A DNA stretch of 64,000 bases, from contig OZ218958.1 in assembly GCA_965112735.1 (NCBI GenBank), positions 868,001-932,000 on the forward strand, written 5' to 3'. Position numbers and translations under genes: made by a program. Below, one piece after another: positions 59,048 to 64,000 of the stretch; position 1 is the first letter of the stretch; every line of letters begins with the position of its first letter. Origin of the DNA: Phaeosaccion multiseriatum. Taxonomy: Eukaryota > Protista > Ochrophyta, other classes. The notes under the pieces were generated by a model that saw only the letters and a list, made by a program, of their open reading frames with translations, did not search any database and was not told the origin of the DNA.

Positions 59048-61168
59048 ATGATATCTCACAGTCCCCAGCAGCAGGGCGCCGCTGGTCCCTCTACTGCGTG
59101 CACCGTCCAAGTTGGGGACAGCAGGAGCCAGACTGTAGCGGCCTGGGGTGTTCTCGATACCGTACTGCAGATCAAGGAACTTTGGGGTGTCAGCCGGGCC
59201 CTCGACGAGGTGACATCACGCACTCTCGTGCTGAATTCCGTTGTGCCCGCCCCTGTCCTACAGCATATGCTCGGTCTCCTCCGGTGGCAGCAGCGGGAAG
59301 AGGAGAAGCACACTCGTGCATCACCACCTCTAGCGGCAGAGGTGGGGGCCGTTGGCAGCGGAGAGGGAGAGGGAGGCCTGGGGGGAGGCAAACCGAGACG
59401 CACGTTCGGCGTTGCAGCTGTGCGCCTGGGCCCCAGCAGGAGCTACTTTCATGCTCTGGATCTGGCCTCTGATGGCGAAGCTCTGGTCACGAAGGCGTTG
59501 GCGCTATTGCCGGCATCGGTCAAGCGTGTGTGCTTCTCGGACGATTTCAACCAAACGAACATCGCATTACCAAGAACCGTGGAGGAGGTGCAGATGGGGC
59601 GGGACTTCAATCTCCCTTTGGATCTCCCCGCTTCGCTGAAGAAGATCACATTTGGCTGGAGGTTCAATCAGCACGTGGTCCTTCCTTGCGGTGTGGAAGA
59701 GGTGCACATGGGGTGGGACTTTAGCCTCCCTGTGGAGCTGCCTGCCTCACTGAAGAAGATCACATTTGGCGATTGCTTCAATCAGCACGTGGTCCTTCCT
59801 TGCGGTGTGGAGGAGGTGCACATGGGGTGTGACTTCAACCTCCCTCTGGCCCTACCTGCCTCGCTGAAGAAGATCACATTTGGCGGAAGATTCAATCAGC
59901 ACGTTCTCCTTCCTTGCGGTGTGGAGGAGGTGCACATGGGGTGTGACTTCAACCTCCCTTTGGAGCTGCCTGCCTCGCTGAAGAAGATCAGCTTTAGCGG
60001 AAGCTTCAATCAGCACGTGGTCCTTCCTTGTGGTGTGGAGGAGGTGGAAATGGGGTGTGACTTTAACCTCCCTCTGGATCTCCCCGTTTCGCTGAAGAAG
60101 ATCGCATTTAGCATAAGGTTCAATCAGCACGTGGTCCTTCCTTGCGGTGTGGAGGAGGTGCACATGGGGTGTGGCTTCAACCTCCCTTTGGAGCTGCCTG
60201 CCTCGCTGAAGAAGATCACATTTGGCGATTGCTTCAATCAGCACGTGGTCCTTCCTTACGGTGTGGAGGAGGTGCGCATGGGTAGGCACTTTAACCTCCC
60301 TTTGGAGCTGCCTGCCTCGCTGCAGAAGATCACATTTAGCAAAGGGTTCAATCAGCACGTGGTCCTTCCTTGCGGTGTGGAGGAGGTGCAGATGGGGTGG
60401 GACTTTAACCTTCCTTTGGCCCTGCCTGCTTCGCTGAAGAAGATCAGATTTGGCGGAAGATTCAATCAGCACGTGGTCCTTCCTTGCGGTGTGAAGGAGG
60501 TGCATATGGGGCGTGACTTTCACCTCCCTCTGGCCCTACCTGCCTCGCTGAAGAAGATCACATTTGGCATGAACTCGCGATTCAATCAGCACGTGGTCCT
60601 TCCTTGCGGTGTGGAGGAGGTGGACATGGGTTGTGACTTTAACCTCCCTTTGGCCCTGCCTGCTTCGCTGAAGAAGATCACATTTGGCAGGAACTCGAAG
60701 TTCAATCAGCACGTGGTCCTTCCTGGTGGTGTGGAGGAGGTGGAAATGGGTTGTGACTTTAACCTCCCTTTGGCCCTGCCTGCCTCGCTGAAGAAGATCA
60801 GATTTGGCGGACTATTCAATCAGCACGTGGTCCTTCCTTGCGGTGTGGAGGAGGTGGAAATGGGTTGTGACTTTAACCTCCCTTTGGAGCTGCCTGCCAC
60901 GCTAAAGAAGATCACATTTGCCGAATGCTCGCACTTCAATCAGCACGTGGTCCTTCCTTGTGGTGTGGAGGAGGTGCAGATGGGTAGGGACTTTAACCTC
61001 CCTCTGGCCCTGCCTGCTTCGCTCCAGAGTCTATGGTTGGGAAGGAACTACACTTGCCATTTGGAGCATCTGCCTGCTGGCCTGAGGGATCTTACGGTTG
61101 GGCGGGGATGTCCTCTGCCTGCAGATCGTCCCGAGGGGCGTCTGGTCAAGTACCATGGCCCATTATGA
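59048..61168 (+). CDS. Intronless FNIP/LRR-like repeat protein, copy B (12 repeats at 59624-61009)
   Basis: The array is 1386 nt = 9x114 + 3x120. The ATG homologous to copy A (58991) is followed by CAG>TAG at 59021-59023, so the open frame begins at M59048. Confidence 0.85.
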   Translation: MISHSPQQQGAAGPSTACTVQVGDSRSQTVAAWGVLDTVLQIKELWGVSRALDEVTSRTLVLNSVVPAPVLQHMLGLLRWQQREEEKHTRASPPLAAEVGAVGSGEGEGGLGGGKPRRTFGVAAVRLGPSRSYFHALDLASDGEALVTKALALLPASVKRVCFSDDFNQTNIALPRTVEEVQMGRDFNLPLDLPASLKKITFGWRFNQHVVLPCGVEEVHMGWDFSLPVELPASLKKITFGDCFNQHVVLPCGVEEVHMGCDFNLPLALPASLKKITFGGRFNQHVLLPCGVEEVHMGCDFNLPLELPASLKKISFSGSFNQHVVLPCGVEEVEMGCDFNLPLDLPVSLKKIAFSIRFNQHVVLPCGVEEVHMGCGFNLPLELPASLKKITFGDCFNQHVVLPYGVEEVRMGRHFNLPLELPASLQKITFSKGFNQHVVLPCGVEEVQMGWDFNLPLALPASLKKIRFGGRFNQHVVLPCGVKEVHMGRDFHLPLALPASLKKITFGMNSRFNQHVVLPCGVEEVDMGCDFNLPLALPASLKKITFGRNSKFNQHVVLPGGVEEVEMGCDFNLPLALPASLKKIRFGGLFNQHVVLPCGVEEVEMGCDFNLPLELPATLKKITFAECSHFNQHVVLPCGVEEVQMGRDFNLPLALPASLQSLWLGRNYTCHLEHLPAGLRDLTVGRGCPLPADRPEGRLVKYHGPL

Positions 61169-61526
61169 TGATGCTGATGAGGATGAATGACGATGATGAT
61201 GATGATGATGATGATGATGAGGAGGAGGAGGAGGAGGAGGAAGAAGAAGAAGAAGAGGAGGAGGAGGAGGAGGAGGAGGAGGAGGAGGAGGAGAACGATG
61301 AGGAAGAGGAGGAGGAGGATGATGAAGATGGCGATGTCTATGTCTAGGAGACGTGCCTGGAGGAGGTGCAGCTCGCTCCATGAGAATACAACGCATGAAA
61401 CAAAGCCACTGTCAGGGGCAGGGTCAGGGGCAGAGTCAGGGGACGACGACTGACGAGAGTGAGGCGCGGACCGAGGCGGAGACGTGGGGGAGAGGGGGCG
61501 GGAGGTAACGGGGGGAGGCAGCACTG

Positions 61527-63499
61527 ATGAGGTTCCTCATCCTCACCCTCGTACCGCTTTGGCCCCTCGGAGGAGGAGCGGAGGAGGAGAAGGGTCTGGA
61601 AGGACAGGGACAGAGAGCCCAAGGTGAGCAGAGCCCCCTCCCCGCCCTTCGACTTACGTGCCAGCTTCCACGGTCTGCGACCACAGCAGAATCCATCAAG
61701 CATCTACTACAAATGTTTCGTTTGCAGGACTCTCCTGTAGCTTGCTTTAACCTCTCTACTCTCCAACACCGCTGCCCTCTCCACCTACAGTAGCAGCAGC
61801 ATAAGCATCAACAGCAGCAGCAGCAGCAGCAGCAGCAGGGAAGACTTCTTGCGGATGACTTCAGTGCTGTCTGATATGCTCGTGGGGGAGCAGTACGGTT
61901 TGGGAACCGTAGACGACGAGATCGGTCTCACCAGGTGAGGCAGTCGGCTTCTGGCCGTCCTCTCTCTCCCTCTCACCCGTACTTTGTTTCCATCTGTCTC
62001 CTCTCTCCCTCGCTCCCTCCGTTTCTGACCCCCCCCCCTCTGTCTCTCCATCTACATCTCTCTCTGACGGTTTAAGCTTTCGTTGTGTCTCTCCCTCCCT
62101 CTGTCTCACCCTCTGTACCCCTTTCTCTCCCTCCCTCCCTCCCTCCCTCCCTCCCTCCCTCCCTCTCTCCCTCCCTCCCTCCCTCCCTCCCTCCCTCTCT
62201 TCCATGCCGCAGGCCTGTCAAGACCACCCCCCTGAGCCTTGTTCCCTTGGTGGTAATGGTGGAGGGCGTCCTCACTGGGGCAGAGTGTGCGGAGATTGTC
62301 AGCATCGGTAAATCGAAGGTGGAAGCTTCCCACGTAATGGGGAAGGCAGGGTCAAAGTCGAGGTGAGCCGATGCTGCTCCCTGCTCCAGCAGGGGGGTAT
62401 GCATATGGTGGGAAAGAAGGGGTGCGTGAGTGCGTGTGTGTGTGTACGTATGTATATATGTGTATATGTGTGTTTGGGTGCATGTGGCGGCCATGCTCTG
62501 CTGTCATGCTCGTGGTGGTGTTTCTCTTCCCGCGCGTTGGGATGCAGTGCGTATTACCAGAGAGAGCAGCAGCTCTGGAGGACCACCTTGTGCTGACTTG
62601 TCTTGCTAAGCGTCTCTCTCTCTCTCCCTCTTGTCTCTCTCTCTCTTTCTCTGTCTCTCCCCCTCTCCCTCCCTCTCCCTCTCTCTCTGCTCTGTCCTTC
62701 ATCACATATTGGTGCGTAATCACAGAGTGAGTGAGTGAGAGTGCGTTCCTACCATATGGGGTGGGAGGAGACAAGTCCATTCTCCGCACCTTTCGAGACG
62801 GAATGGAGAACATCTTGGCGTTTCGGCCAGAGTAAGTAATCCCCCTTTCGTCGCCATCATCACTCTCCACCTCCTTGTCCTGCCCCCCCCCGCCCCCCTT
62901 GTGGTAGCTCCGACCACCCTCACACGGGATATCCACGCACACAACACACCAATGTTAGCCCCCCACTCACTGCCATCCATCCATTGCCATCTCCCTCCCT
63001 CCAGGAGCGTCTTCTCGGCGGGCTGCGAGGACGTGCAGCTTGTGCGCTACGAAGAAGGAGGCCGCTTCGACATACACCACGACTCCACAGCCTTCCACCC
63101 CCGCTACCTCACCGCCCTGGCCTATCTCAACGACGTGCCCGGAGAGGGAGGCGGGACGTGGTTTCCGCTTGCCAATGGAGGGGAAGCTGTCGATACCGGT
63201 GATGGTGGTCAGGAATGTGAGGAAGGGGGGAGGGAGGGGGCCAACGAGAAGGTGCAGCAGCAGCAGCAGCAGCAGCAGCAGCGGGAGTAGTAGCAAGACG
63301 AGGCGAAGGCGGCGTGATTGTGACGCCCAAGTTGGGATCGGTGGTGGTGTTTTTCAATCACAAGCCCACTGGGGGTGGGGGTGTGGATGGCAGTGGAGGG
63401 GCTGATGCCGTGTTGGACGCTTCGGCTGTGCACGCAGGTTTTCCCCTCGCCGCCGGACAGAGCAAATGGGTCATGAATCTGTGGTGGAAGCCCCCTTGA
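61527..63499 (+). pseudogene. Prolyl 4-hydroxylase, copy B (frameshifted as assembled, possibly intact in vivo); 5' end uncertain
   Basis: GCEDVQLVRYEEGGRFDIHHD is intact. It has an extra GTGA at the exon acceptor (~62726-62740) and one base fewer than copy A in the G run at 63225-63230, which shifts AVHAGFPLAAGQSKW out of frame. Confidence 0.7.
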
Positions 63500-64000
63500 T
63501 GCTGGAGGATGATGCCGTTGATGATGCGGTGATGGTGATGGTGATGACGATGACGGGCGGACCACACACCACACACCAACACACGCCGAATACTGTAGAC
63601 CGCAACAAGGTTGTGGAGTCTTTTTTGTCCTCAACACAGAGTTCCGTGCGAGCAGCGACCTTCTCGATCATGTACCGAGATGTGTCAGAGGGATGGAGGG
63701 CCAGTGTCCGGTTTCAGTGTCCTGTTTGTCCAGTTCTCCGTCGGGTTCATCCTCTCTGATCGAGGCCACAGCGGCAGACTCTGAGCTGCAGTTGAAGGCG
63801 ACATGACACCTCCTTAGCTGCTGCTCCTACTGCTCCTACTGGGTCGGTTACCGCGCCTCTTGCTACTAGAGAAAACAGAGCCTTTGGGTAAATATTTATC
63901 CCTAGGAGAGAGAGAGAGATTGGGGGGGGGGCGGAGGTCTTGAAGTGCCATCCATGGTTTGCCTAAAAGTAACATCTCACCCTTGTGTCGAATCGAGGGT

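Larger units (their letters stand above)
58829..63996 (+). repeat. Tandem segmental duplication, unit B (runs to the window edge; the array may continue)
   Basis: Collinear with unit A. Confidence 0.95.

Noticed and set aside
54284-61009. Regularly spaced conserved blocks with variable gaps resembling a CRISPR array or DGR repeats
   Set aside because: The units are in-frame 114/120-nt protein repeats. The variable parts are a few codons, not unique spacers; variation is not adenine-specific; and there is no cas or reverse transcriptase gene in the window.
1-64000. tRNA, rRNA, transposase, integrase or viral core genes
   Set aside because: None recognised by eye, so a viral origin of the FNIP genes is not supported here. 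Small ncRNAs could have been missed.

Overview
Gene-dense, intron-rich eukaryotic DNA with GT-AG introns packed with microsatellites; probably a stramenopile or other algal protist, but the lineage cannot be fixed from this window. Most small ORFs in the track are microsatellite or antisense artefacts. Manual exon joining gives, in order: a 5'-partial GPS-motif polycystin-like membrane protein (+), a DMT/EamA transporter (-), an FNIP-repeat protein (+), a WW-domain plus GT7 galactosyltransferase fusion (-), an F-box protein (-), a tandem double dCTP pyrophosphatase (MazG/DCTPP1) with a hydrophobic tail (+), mitochondrial aspartate aminotransferase (-), a class II eIF4E with a Gly/Arg-rich tail (+), a very long coiled-coil protein (+), lariat debranching enzyme DBR1 (-), a 214-nt hairpin, an ankyrin pseudogene, and a C2-domain membrane protein (-). 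The last ~10.5 kb is a tandem duplication of a ~5.3-kb cassette: an intronless FNIP/LRR-like gene plus a prolyl-4-hydroxylase gene. The most striking signal is in these cassettes: arrays of 114-nt (38-aa) repeats with a nearly invariant framework and hypervariable residues at predicted concave-face positions. Repeat number differs (13 vs 12), and the proximal repeats are reshuffled while the distal five are almost unchanged, suggesting a diversifying receptor or F-box substrate-adaptor system. A second unexplained signal is the 11-mer GTTGGTGATAC, found by eye as 8 exact copies on both strands in the first 43 kb. All gene models and family calls come from reading motifs; no database searches were run.
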